Assembly (NCBI GenBank): GCA_964618405.1
Contig: CAZUAY010000002.1
Span: forward strand, 1 to 42,381
Reading direction: 5' to 3'
DNA: 42,381 bases
From: an uncultured Lentisphaerales bacterium
GTDB lineage: Bacteria; Verrucomicrobiota; Kiritimatiellia; RFP12; UBA3636
The notes under the pieces were generated by a model. The model did not search any database, was not told the DNA's origin, and was given only the letters and a program-made list of their open reading frames with translations. Both the position numbers and the translations under genes were made by a program. Numbering within the stretch: position 1 is the first letter of the stretch; each line of letters begins with the position of its first letter. This document shows, one piece after another, positions 16,815-26,451 of this stretch.

Positions 16815-18929
16815 ATGACGAATGATTTTAAGTGGGGGCCAGCGAATCCGCATCCGCTCTCGAAAATGCGCACGGAATTGGTCTGGGATGGCAAGTACGA
16901 CGAGTACGGCAACCGCCGGGAGGTGGATGTTGCCGCCTGCTCCATGCCTATGCAGAAGATCGAGACCGTGGATGAGCCCCGCCAACGCGCCGCCGCCACA
17001 GGCCAAGGTGACTTCTTCGAGCAGAATCTGATGACCTTGCGTGAAAAAACGCATCCCTACGAGCCCGACTTCCGCAACCGCCTCGTCTGGGGCGACAACA
17101 AACTTGTCATGGCCAGCCTGCTCAAAGATTTCAAGGGCAAGATCGACCTGATCTATATCGACCCTCCCTTCGACGTTGGTGCGGACTTTACGATGGACGT
17201 GCCCATCGGCGACGGCAAGGAGACCGTCGGCAAAGACCAGTCCTGCCTTGAAATGGTGGCGTTCAAAGATATGTGGGGCAGAGGCACCGATTCCTATCTG
17301 CACATGATGTATGAACGGCTGTCGCTCATGAAGGAATTGCTCTCGGAGAAAGGGAGCATCTATGTACATTGTGACTCTCGGATGAACTCCTACCTTCGAC
17401 AAGTCCTCGACGAGGTTTTTTCGGGATTTAACTTCGTAAACCAAATTACTTGGCGACGTACTGGTGCCCATAACGACCCAGGTCGATACGGCATGATTTC
17501 CGATACAATCCTATTTTACACTAAGACTGAAAATTACATCTGGAATCAACAATTCGGTATTCGTTCCGACAAATCTGTTGCTACGTCGTTCTCTTACGTT
17601 GAAAAACCAGATGGTACTTGGGAACGGCTTTCGAAAGACCAAACGATTCCGTCCGGATGGAGAAGATTTCAATCCGTGACCCTTCGCAGTCCAAACCCAA
17701 GACCAAACCTCTACTACCCCTACAAGGGCTTTATGCCGCATAGGAATGGTTGGTCAATCGGCAAGGAACGGATGGAAAAGTATGACCGAGAAAACCGGCT
17801 CCTGTTTCCTGAAAGCAAAGAAGGTGCGATTCGTCTCAAAATGTATCTTGACGAGTCACCAGGAATTCCAGTTCAGGATTTATGGACTGATGTCGGCAAA
17901 CTCGAAGCCATTTCCTCCGAGAACTTGGGCTATGCTACCCAAAAGCCCGAAACTCTTCTCGAACGCATCATCAATGCGAGCAGTAATCCCGGCGATCTTG
18001 TCGCCGACTTCTTTTGCGGGAGCGGTACGACGGGCGCGGTGGCGGAGCGGCTGGGGCGGCGTTGGATACTGGCGGATCTGGGACGGTTTGCGATCCACAC
18101 CACGCGCAAACGTATGATCGACCTACAGCGTAGTCTGCACGATGTGGGGCAACCGTACCGTGCGTTCGATGTGTTTAACCTCGGGCGCTACGAGCGTCAG
18201 TGGTGGCAGAAGGAGCGGCTGCAAGGGGCTGAAGGGGAGCATCGCCGGGTGGTGCTGGAGTTTTTCAAGGCCGAGGTGCTTGCCAACCCGCCCAACCCGC
18301 TGCTGCACGGTCGCAAGGGCGGCGCGTTTTGTCATGTGGACGGCATCGACTCCGTCTTCACGCGTACGGATGCGCAGGCCGTGGCCGAGGCGGTGCGGCA
18401 GGCGGGAGGCCGCGAGGTCACGTGCTTAGCTTGGGAATTCGAGATGGATCTGAGGCAGTTTTGTCTGGGGCTTGAAGCGGGTCTCGGCGTGAAGATGCGC
18501 CTAGTACCCATTCCGCGCGAGGTAATGGAGAAGAACCGCACGTCGCCGCCACCGTTTCTCGAAATGGCAGTGTTGGAGGCGGAGGTTGTCCATCGGAAGG
18601 AAGACGGCGTGAAGTCGGTCGACGTCAAGGTCACCCAGTTTATGCCGTCGTTATCGGAAGTACCCAGCAAAGAGTTGGCGGCTTTGAAGGAGCGGGCGGT
18701 CAAGAGCGGTTTCGACTTCATCGACTTTTGGGCAGTCGACTTCGACTGGCAGCCGGGGCAACCGTTTCGGCACGATTGGCAGGACTACCGCACGCGCAAG
18801 GACCGCTCGCTCAAGACGGTGAGTGATGCGGGGCACGTTTACGACAAACCCGGCAAGCATACGATCTGTGTGAAGGTCGTGGACGTTTTCGGGTGTGACA
18901 CGAGCATTGTAGTGGAGGTCAACGTATGA
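16815..18929 (+). CDS. Type III-like Mod DNA methyltransferase (beta-class N6/N4) with PKD/Ig-like C-terminal tail
   Basis: Motif IV is DLIYIDPPF (17145-17171). Motif I is [10 protein letters not shown] (18006-18035). This order (IV, TRD, I) is typical of Type III Mod. The N-terminal [10 protein letters not shown] block is present. An extra ~250-aa C-terminal region ends in [23 protein letters not shown]. The tracked ORF begins at GTG 16773, but ATG 16815 with an upstream GGAGA is preferred. Confidence 0.85.
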
Positions 18930-21613
18930 ACCCTGATTCCCAACCGAAGAGCATCATAGAAAACGACGGCATTTTTAAGAACGGTTCCGTCTGGCTGAGA
19001 GCGGATTTTCACCTGCACACCCGCGCCGACAGGGAGTTCACATACACGGGTGAAACAAACAGTTTTGTGAGCGATTATACTACCGCACTGGAAAAGGCGG
19101 GGATCCGTCTTGGTGTAGTCACGAACCACAACAAATTCGCGTGCGATGAGTTCAAAGCCCTTAAAAAGGCTGCACGAAAGACGGATATATGTCTATTGCC
19201 GGGTGTTGAGCTTTCTACCAATGACGGCGCGAACGGCATTCATGTTCTGGTTGTTTTCAGTGAGAGTTGGCTAGCGAACGGAACAGATTACATCGCTCCC
19301 TTCTTGACCTCCATGTTTCCCGGGAAAGCCCCATCTGAATATGAGAATGCGAATGGCCGGAGCGACAAGAATCTTCTCCAAATGGTTTCTGAACTGGAGA
19401 AAACAGGACGCGACTTCTTCCTAGTTTTTGCGCATGTGGAAGCTGATAACGGTTTATGGTCGGAACTGGGGGGGGGCAGACTACAGGACTGGCGAGGCAA
19501 CAATTACGAGTCTTTGAGAAGGCGTACGCTCGGGTTTCAGAAAGTCAGAACCCACGACGGGGCGGGGAAAGAGAGGCCATGCAGGGCCAAAGTGAAAGCG
19601 TGGTTGGGCGACTGGTATCCAGCGGAAGTCGAAGGCAGCGACTGTAAGAGCATCGAGGACATTGGAAAGGGCGACCCGTGTTTTTTGAAAGTCGGAGACT
19701 TCACCTTTGAAGCGACGAAGTATGCCTTGTTGGACTATGAGGACCGGGTGGCATCAGAACCGGTTCCTGTCCGGCATTCGCACATTTGCAGCGTCGCTTT
19801 CCAAGGCGGCATCCTCGATCAGCAAACCGTGAATTTCTCATCCGCTCTCAATACGCTGATTGGCATCCGGGGTAGCGGGAAGTCGTCCATTCTGGAGGCA
19901 CTACGGTACGTGCTAGATATTCCTTATGGCGACAAGGCCATGGATCAGGATTATAAGCGTTCTCTGGTGAGACATACTTTGGGCAGCGGGGGAAAAGTAA
20001 CCGTTCAAGCCAAAGATATATATGGCCAGACGTTTTTCGTCTCTCGCATCTGGGGCGAGGCACCCAATGTTTATCTGGATGGTAAACTCCAGCCTGGGGT
20101 CTCAATCCTTGAAACCGTACTGCGGAAGCCGATATATTTCGGGCAGAAAGATTTAGCCAGCACGGGCGAGGGATTTGAAAAAGACCTCGTTGAGAAACTG
20201 GTCGGTGAGAAACTGAAAACAGTTCGTAACCGGATCGATGCACAGCGGCAAAAGGTTCAAGAGATGGTGGCGCGATTATCCAAGCTCAAGAACACAGAAG
20301 ATCAAAAGAAAGAATATGAAGCCCAAAAGCAGGATGCATCGTTCCGGCTTGAGGCATTCAAAAAGTTGGGCATAGAGGCAAAACTACAGAAGAAAGTCGA
20401 TTTCAACGCTGATGCCGCAGCTCTGCAGAGGATTGGGACGCTGGTGTCCGAATACATCGCCGATCTGAACGAGTTTATCAGTCGTCATGAAGATGACCTT
20501 AAAAACGCAAGGGCGTATCAAAGCAAGCAGGACGGGGAATTTTTCAGTCGCTACTTTGATGCCTACGGCAAAGTTTTGGATGCGTTTGAACAAATCAAGA
20601 AGATTTCCACAGACACCAAGACGGCACAAGGTGATCTGCTTAAACTCGCAGGCGACTTCTCATCCAAGGTCAAAGGGCTTCAGGAAGAGTTTGCAGGAAC
20701 CGAACGTAAACTTGCTGAAGAGCTTCGACTCAGTGGGCAAACCGTTATCCAGCCTGATGATTTCATCCAACAACAAAAGCGTCTTGTCATCGCCACGCAG
20801 ATGGTGGAGGCTCTCGAAAAACAGCAGCAACAGAAAAGCGGGGTAAAGACGGCGTTGCTGACTGAATTGGATGCTTTAAACAGTCTGTGGTGGGAAGAGT
20901 TTACGTTGATCCGAACTGAGCTGAAACGGGTCAACGACAACAACGCGGCGCTAGAGATCGAGTCCGAGTTCAAAGGAAACAAGGCCGATTTCCTGAACTG
21001 CATGAAACAGTTTTTCCGTGGTAGTAGTATCCGTGAAACGACGCTAAACGGCTTGGTCGACACCTACGCCGATTTCGGGGCGATGTATCGCGATTGGAAT
21101 CAGGTTAAAGCGAATGCCGGTAGCTCTCCTGATGTATTTGAGTCCTATTTCATGAACGCGTTGGCTGATTTGTTGTGTTTTCAAGTGCCGAACAAATTCA
21201 CGATTAACTATCGTGGGAAAGAACTGAAGGAACATTCGCTGGGACAAAGAGCATCCGCATTGATCCTTTTTGTTTTAAGCCAGCGCGATAACGACGTGTT
21301 TATCATTGACCAGCCCGAAGACGATCTGGACAACCAGACGATCTACGACGATGTCATCAAACTCATCAAGAGTATGAAGACAGGTACGCAGTTCATTTTT
21401 GCCACACACAACGCCAATTTTCCTGTTCTTGGGGATGCCGAGCAAATTCATGCATGCTCTTACGAAGGGGACCGGATTTCTCTGCTAAGTGGAAGTATAG
21501 ATTCCACCGTGCTTCAACAGGAAATTATCGACATCATGGAAGGCGGAGAAGAAGCCTTTAATAGGCGCAAGGAGGTATACAGCATATGGAAATCGCAGAA
21601 CTTATCGAAATAA
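18926..21613 (+). CDS. PHP phosphoesterase domain fused to SMC/Rad50/ABC-type ATPase with coiled coil
   Basis: The N-terminus ([12 protein letters not shown]...GVVTNHNKF) is a PHP metal-binding signature. ATPase motifs are Walker [10 protein letters not shown] (19862-19888), a long charged helical insert, signature-like LGQRASAL, Walker [13 protein letters not shown] (21296-21331) and an H-loop, ATHNAN. The start overlaps the Mod stop (ATGA), with a GGAGG SD 8 nt upstream. Confidence 0.8.
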
Positions 21614-22737
21614 TCAGCCGTGGTGAAGACTCCCGCCATCAGTTCAAGGCCGATGTCAACAATCAGCAATCTCTGTCGGAAGAGATGGTTGCTTTTTCAA
21701 ATTCCGGTGGCGGCCATATTCTCATTGGCGTGACGAATCAGAATGCTGTTTGCGGTCTTGCAAAAGAGGCTGTTGCTCGGATTAATCTACTTATTTCTAA
21801 TGCAGCTTCGCAATCTGTCCATCCGCCGATAAATCCGCAGACGGAGAATATAGCCCATCCTGACGGATTGGTCATGGTCGTGGCGGTCGCGAACGGAATC
21901 AGTAAACCGTATATGGACAATAACGGTGTGATTTGGGTTAAAGTTGGATCGGACAAACGCAAGGCGATATCCCGTGAGGAAATTCAGCGTATGTTTCAGT
22001 CCGCAAGCATCATTCATGCTGACGAGACACCCGTCAGCGGCATGACGGCCGCAGACATTGACCTGCCGTACTTTGAAGACTTTCTTCTCAAAGAATACGG
22101 AGAAACGACCGACACGCAGGCAATTCCTTTGCCGAAACTGCTTGAGAATATGAATTTAGCCAGGAACGGTGTCCCTAATTTGGCTGGCACGCTCTTGTTT
22201 TGTAAACGCCCGCAAACAAGGTTGCCTACATTTCTGGTTAAAGCCGTCTGTTATACCGGCACCGATATTGCCGAAGACTCCTATATTGATAGTCGTGACA
22301 TCACGGGAAGAATTGGGGATGTTTTCCAACAAACACTCGGCTTCCTTGTAGCGAACACACGAGGAATTCAAGGCGCACAGACCGTGAATTCGACGGGGAA
22401 ATCAGAGATTCCCCGCATCGCATTGGAAGAGTTGATTGCCAATGCGTTGATTCATCGTGACTATTTTGTTTCCGCTCCTATCCGGGTTTTCGTTTTTTCA
22501 AATCGGATTGAAATCATCAGTCCCGGGCACTTACCGAACAACCTGACGATCGAGAATATCAAGAGCGGAAACTCGAACATTAGAAATCCGATTCTCGCTT
22601 CTTTTGCAACGAAAATTCTTCCTGCGTATCGGGGGCTTGGCAGCGGAATTTTGAGAGCTTTGAAGGTGTATCCTGATATTGAGTTTGAAGATAACAGAGA
22701 CGGTAATTTCTTCAAGGTCACAATCGTGCGAAAGTAA
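21586..22737 (+). CDS. Schlafen/AlbA_2 (divergent AAA) domain protein with HATPase_c_4-like C-terminus
   Basis: The N-terminus (GEDSRHQFKADV...VAFSNSGGGHILIGV) is the AlbA_2 signature. The C-terminus (LIANALIHRDY...IEIISPGHLPNNLT...IRNPILA...GLGSGI) matches the associated ATPase-like/wHTH module. It overlaps the upstream gene by 28 nt. Confidence 0.75.
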   Translation: MEIAELIEIISRGEDSRHQFKADVNNQQSLSEEMVAFSNSGGGHILIGVTNQNAVCGLAKEAVARINLLISNAASQSVHPPINPQTENIAHPDGLVMVVAVANGISKPYMDNNGVIWVKVGSDKRKAISREEIQRMFQSASIIHADETPVSGMTAADIDLPYFEDFLLKEYGETTDTQAIPLPKLLENMNLARNGVPNLAGTLLFCKRPQTRLPTFLVKAVCYTGTDIAEDSYIDSRDITGRIGDVFQQTLGFLVANTRGIQGAQTVNSTGKSEIPRIALEELIANALIHRDYFVSAPIRVFVFSNRIEIISPGHLPNNLTIENIKSGNSNIRNPILASFATKILPAYRGLGSGILRALKVYPDIEFEDNRDGNFFKVTIVRK

Positions 22738-22745
22738 AGTAACCT

Positions 22746-25700
22746 ATGTCTGAGCCACTGACAATCAAGACCGATGCACTCGAACCGCTGTATGCGGCGT
22801 GGGAAGAGCCGAACCGTCATCGTGTGAGGGCGGAAAGCGGTGAAGGGGCTGTCGTGATCAAGGGACGGAGGCCTTCGAACATCGCCATCGCACAGAATCT
22901 GCGCGTCATGGTGAAGGAATGGCGCGATACCTTCTACTTCGGCGCGAGCGATACCTCTCGGCAGCTTCTCCACCATTGGTTCAATCGAACGCACCGTGTC
23001 AATGGAGATGAATTCAAATATTTCTTCTGTCAGCGCGAGGCGATCGAAACGCTGATCTATCTGAAGGAAGTGCGCAGGTTGGAATGCCTCTCACAGATGA
23101 TTGCCGAGTATGGAGGGTCGTTTGCAGAAACGGCGGCATTGGGCGTTACCGATGAGGAAGACGCTTGGAGTCGCTATGCGTTCAAGATGGCAACGGGTTC
23201 CGGCAAGACGAAGGTGATGACCCTAGCCATCGTTTGGAGCTATTTCCACGCTTTACGTGAGAGTGAGTCTCCGATGGCCCGGCATTTCGTGGTCGTCGCG
23301 CCGAATCTGACGGTATTCGAGCGACTGAAGGAGGACTTCAAGCCAGAGGGAGGTGGACCGGACATATTCGACCGTGATCCCCTGATTCCCGTGGAGTGGC
23401 GCGGGGACTGGAATATGACGACGGTATTGCAGGACGAGGCCAGCGGCTCCAGCACCGGCGGAACAATTTATCTGACTAACATCCATAGGCTCTACGATAA
23501 TTCGAAACGCAGACAGTCTAGCGGAGAGACGTATGCGTGGATGGGACCGGCGGTTAGCAAGGCCAAGGCGCTTGACACCGGCGCGGAGTTGCGTGATCGC
23601 ATTACCTCGCATCGGCACGTGATGGTGATGAACGACGAAGCCCACCACGTGTGGGATCCGGATTCGGCGTGGAATGAGGCAATTCTGTCGCTCCACGAAA
23701 GCATCCGAAAGCGCGGGGGTGATGGACTGGTAGCGCAGCTTGATTTCAGCGCAACACCCAAGGACAACAAGGCCAACTATTTCAAACACATCATCTGCGA
23801 CACGCCGCTGGGCGAAGCGGTGGATGCTGGCATCGTCAAGACGCCGATCATCGGTCGTGCCGGACAGCTTAACGAGCAAGCGACGGACAATGCGGCATAC
23901 AAGTATGAGATGCATCTCAATCTGGGTTACCAGCGATGGTTGAAGAGCCGCGAAGAGTGGTTCAAAAGCGGTAAAAAACCGTTGCTGTTCATCATGTGCG
24001 AAGATACAAAGGCGGCGGATGAAATCACCCAACGTCTTAACCATGATTCCTTTTTTAAAGAGCTGAACAGTCGCACCATCAACCTGCACACCAACCTTAA
24101 AGGTAAGGTGAAAAAAGTCGGAAAAGGAGCCGATGCTCGTGAAGTGTTCGTTGAAAACGAGAAGGACATCAGCGACGAAGATTTGAAGGCCTTGAGAAAG
24201 CTCAGTCGGGAACTTGACTCCGGTTCCAGTCCGTACTACTGCATTGTATCGGTGCTGATGCTACGTGAAGGGTGGGATGTTAAGAACGTGACCACGATTG
24301 TGCCGTTGCGTTCTTATAGTTCGAAGGCGGGCATTTTGCCCGAGCAGACACTTGGGCGCGGACTGCGTCGCATGACGCCATGCGGACAGGCCAATGAAAT
24401 CGTAGCCGTGGTTGAGCACGAAGCGTTTGCAAGGCTTTATCGTGATGAACTCTCGCAGGAGGGGTTGCCGCTTGAAATTATGGACGTTGGCAAAGTGCCG
24501 ACCACAACGGTATCCATCTATCCTGACACGGCCAAGAAGAACACTGCCGCGCTTGATATTCAGATTCCGCAACTGACGGCCGCGAACCAGACGTTGCCAG
24601 TACTGGAGGCGATTTCTGAAAGCGAAGTTCGTGAGGTTTTCCAGAAGTACCATCCATTGCCTGTTGGCGATCAACGTGGAAACGATGAAGTCCAGTACGA
24701 AGGACGGCAGTTGATTACGGGCGAGATCGTTGAGTACATGAAGGTAAGCCTGCCACTCCTTGACACAGGCGTTGGTGCCATTTCCTTTTACGAGAAACAG
24801 CTTGAATACATTTGTAAGGTCAAAGGTACGCATCGCGTACTCGGGCCCCTGTTGCAGACGTTCTTCGAAGAGATTTTGTTTGGCACGGGCCATTCGATTT
24901 ATGATTCATCTTTAGCGACTCGGCTTTCCGCAAGCGACGTGGTGGAGCATGTCAGAGCAGTGTTTGTCCCGTTGATCCGTGGTAAGGTCATGCAGAAGCA
25001 GGTTCGCACATCTGAAACAGAGCCCTTTTCGCTCGCTTCGTGGCGTCCGTTCCAGGTGACTGTTAGTGAGCGCCACCCAGTTAGACGGGCAGAGAAGACG
25101 CTCTTCAATCTCGTGCCATGTGACAGGACGTTAGAGACGGCATTTGCTGAATTGTGCGACAAGATCAGCGATGTTTCCGCTTTTGCAAAGAATGCAGGGC
25201 CGCAATGTCTCAGGATTGACTATCTTTCCGAGGGCATGCGGTTAGCGTTCTACACGCCCGATTTCTTTGTCCGCACCCATGACGGTAACTACTACCTTGT
25301 TGAAACAAAAGGTCAGGCTGATCGGGACGTGCCGCTCAAAGCGCGTGCGGCAATCGAATGGTGCAAGGGCGCATCAGGCAAGCATGGAAAATGGGAATAC
25401 GTTTTCATTCCTGAAAGCGTATTCCAGCGGTTCCAGGGAAGCTCGTTCAAAGAACTTGTGAGGATGTGTGCGCCAGCGTTGCAGGATTTGACGAATGCTG
25501 AAAATTTCAAGGAAGAGCTTCCCTTGTTTGCCGATATGGGAATGCTTGAAGGCCGCATGGATGAAGCGCAGGGCCTTGTGGACGCGAAGATTCTTGCCGC
25601 ATTGCCGACGAGAATGCGAAAGGCCGCTGATGAGTCCATATCCCTTTTCCGGTTCTTCGAAAAGAAGTCTGAGGTTAACTATGCTCCTGTCTTTACGGCA

Positions 25701-26165
25701 ATGCTGGGTGTTGTTGACGAGGTCGCTAAAGGCCTGATTCTGCAGAAACTTACACCTTTAATGCCAAGCGGTATGCAGGAACAGCGGGAATGGTTCGAAC
25801 CGTATTTCGGTACTGCGGATCGTCGGTTGATTCCACACTATGAACAATTGGCGCGCAATTTGAAGAAAACCCTAGTTTATCGGAACGGGGTATCACCTTT
25901 GGGGCTTTTGCGCAGTTGTCTTGAGTATGCCCTCAACGACAACACGAAGCTGACGGGTGTTTTTGAGTCCGTGAAAGGAGAGTTTCGTTTCAGTGGCGGA
26001 CGCGATTTGCTTGCCTGTGTATGTCTAATTAACGATTTCAGAAACACCCGTGTAGCGCATCAGGAAGTGCCATTGACAGACGGGGAAGAGGCGAAAAAAG
26101 CTCTTGTTTCGTGGATTGCCGGGTTAGGCCAGCTCTGTCAGTCAGCAGGATTAGCGGGATATTGA
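22746..26165 (+). CDS. Type III-like Res subunit: SF2 DEAH helicase, PD-(D/E)xK nuclease and an extra C-terminal helical domain
   Basis: Motifs in order:
- The N-terminal FCQREAIETLIYLKE block.
- Walker A ATGSGKTKV (23190-23216).
- DEAH in MNDEAHHVW (23634-23645).
- A later helicase motif, VLMLREGWDV.
- A nuclease core, YTPDFFVRTHDGNYYLVETKG (25251-25313).

An additional ~230 aa (about 25480-26162) contains FRNTRVAH. Confidence 0.85.
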   Translation: MSEPLTIKTDALEPLYAAWEEPNRHRVRAESGEGAVVIKGRRPSNIAIAQNLRVMVKEWRDTFYFGASDTSRQLLHHWFNRTHRVNGDEFKYFFCQREAIETLIYLKEVRRLECLSQMIAEYGGSFAETAALGVTDEEDAWSRYAFKMATGSGKTKVMTLAIVWSYFHALRESESPMARHFVVVAPNLTVFERLKEDFKPEGGGPDIFDRDPLIPVEWRGDWNMTTVLQDEASGSSTGGTIYLTNIHRLYDNSKRRQSSGETYAWMGPAVSKAKALDTGAELRDRITSHRHVMVMNDEAHHVWDPDSAWNEAILSLHESIRKRGGDGLVAQLDFSATPKDNKANYFKHIICDTPLGEAVDAGIVKTPIIGRAGQLNEQATDNAAYKYEMHLNLGYQRWLKSREEWFKSGKKPLLFIMCEDTKAADEITQRLNHDSFFKELNSRTINLHTNLKGKVKKVGKGADAREVFVENEKDISDEDLKALRKLSRELDSGSSPYYCIVSVLMLREGWDVKNVTTIVPLRSYSSKAGILPEQTLGRGLRRMTPCGQANEIVAVVEHEAFARLYRDELSQEGLPLEIMDVGKVPTTTVSIYPDTAKKNTAALDIQIPQLTAANQTLPVLEAISESEVREVFQKYHPLPVGDQRGNDEVQYEGRQLITGEIVEYMKVSLPLLDTGVGAISFYEKQLEYICKVKGTHRVLGPLLQTFFEEILFGTGHSIYDSSLATRLSASDVVEHVRAVFVPLIRGKVMQKQVRTSETEPFSLASWRPFQVTVSERHPVRRAEKTLFNLVPCDRTLETAFAELCDKISDVSAFAKNAGPQCLRIDYLSEGMRLAFYTPDFFVRTHDGNYYLVETKGQADRDVPLKARAAIEWCKGASGKHGKWEYVFIPESVFQRFQGSSFKELVRMCAPALQDLTNAENFKEELPLFADMGMLEGRMDEAQGLVDAKILAALPTRMRKAADESISLFRFFEKKSEVNYAPVFTAMLGVVDEVAKGLILQKLTPLMPSGMQEQREWFEPYFGTADRRLIPHYEQLARNLKKTLVYRNGVSPLGLLRSCLEYALNDNTKLTGVFESVKGEFRFSGGRDLLACVCLINDFRNTRVAHQEVPLTDGEEAKKALVSWIAGLGQLCQSAGLAGY

Positions 26166-26187
26166 GGAAAAATTAGGGGGCAGGCGT

Positions 26188-26374
26188 GAATGGCGCTAAC
26201 TTAAGGAAATCTCTCCTTCATAATCATAATCGTAATCGTAATCTCTTCAACAGAACGGATTAAGATTAAGATTAAGAGTAAGATTAAGAGTAAGATTAAG
26301 AGTAAGATTAGGATTAAGATTAGGATTAAGAGTAAGATTAAGAGCTGGAAACAGGGCTTAAGTTAGCGCCATTC
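26188..26374. mobile_element. MITE-like non-autonomous element: 18-bp perfect terminal inverted repeats, 11-bp near-perfect target duplication, hexamer-microsatellite interior
   Basis: The TIRs are gaatggcgctaacttaag (26188-26205) and cttaagttagcgccattc (26357-26374). The flanks are ggggcaggcgt (26177-87) and gggacaggcgt (26375-85). The interior holds (CATAAT)2(CGTAAT)2 at 26219-43 and about 14 units of GATTAA/GAGTAA/GATTAG at 26258-26343. No ORF is present. Confidence 0.5.
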
Positions 26375-26451
26375 GGGACAGGCGTCTAAAAAGGCATTGG
26401 TCTGATCTGAATTCAATGCCAATACGCTCTCGCAACTCGCTACTCGCTCAC

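Noticed and set aside
16782-17471. 229-aa antisense ORF. The same applies to 23253-24089 (278 aa), 24261-24893 (210 aa), 30346-31098 (250 aa), 37063-37704 (213 aa), 3013-3669 (218 aa), 12942-13538 (198 aa), 26416-26958 (180 aa), 28361-28921 (186 aa) and 22461-22994 (177 aa).
   Set aside because: All lie opposite or out of frame within well-supported genes that have clear catalytic motifs. Their translations are low-complexity or Arg/Gly/Ser-rich with no recognisable domains. They are shadow ORFs.
26219-26343. Possible CRISPR array, because of the dense regular repeats
   Set aside because: The repeat period is only 6 bp with no spacers, there are no cas genes, and the tract lies inside a TIR-bounded hairpin element. 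It is a microsatellite, not a CRISPR array.
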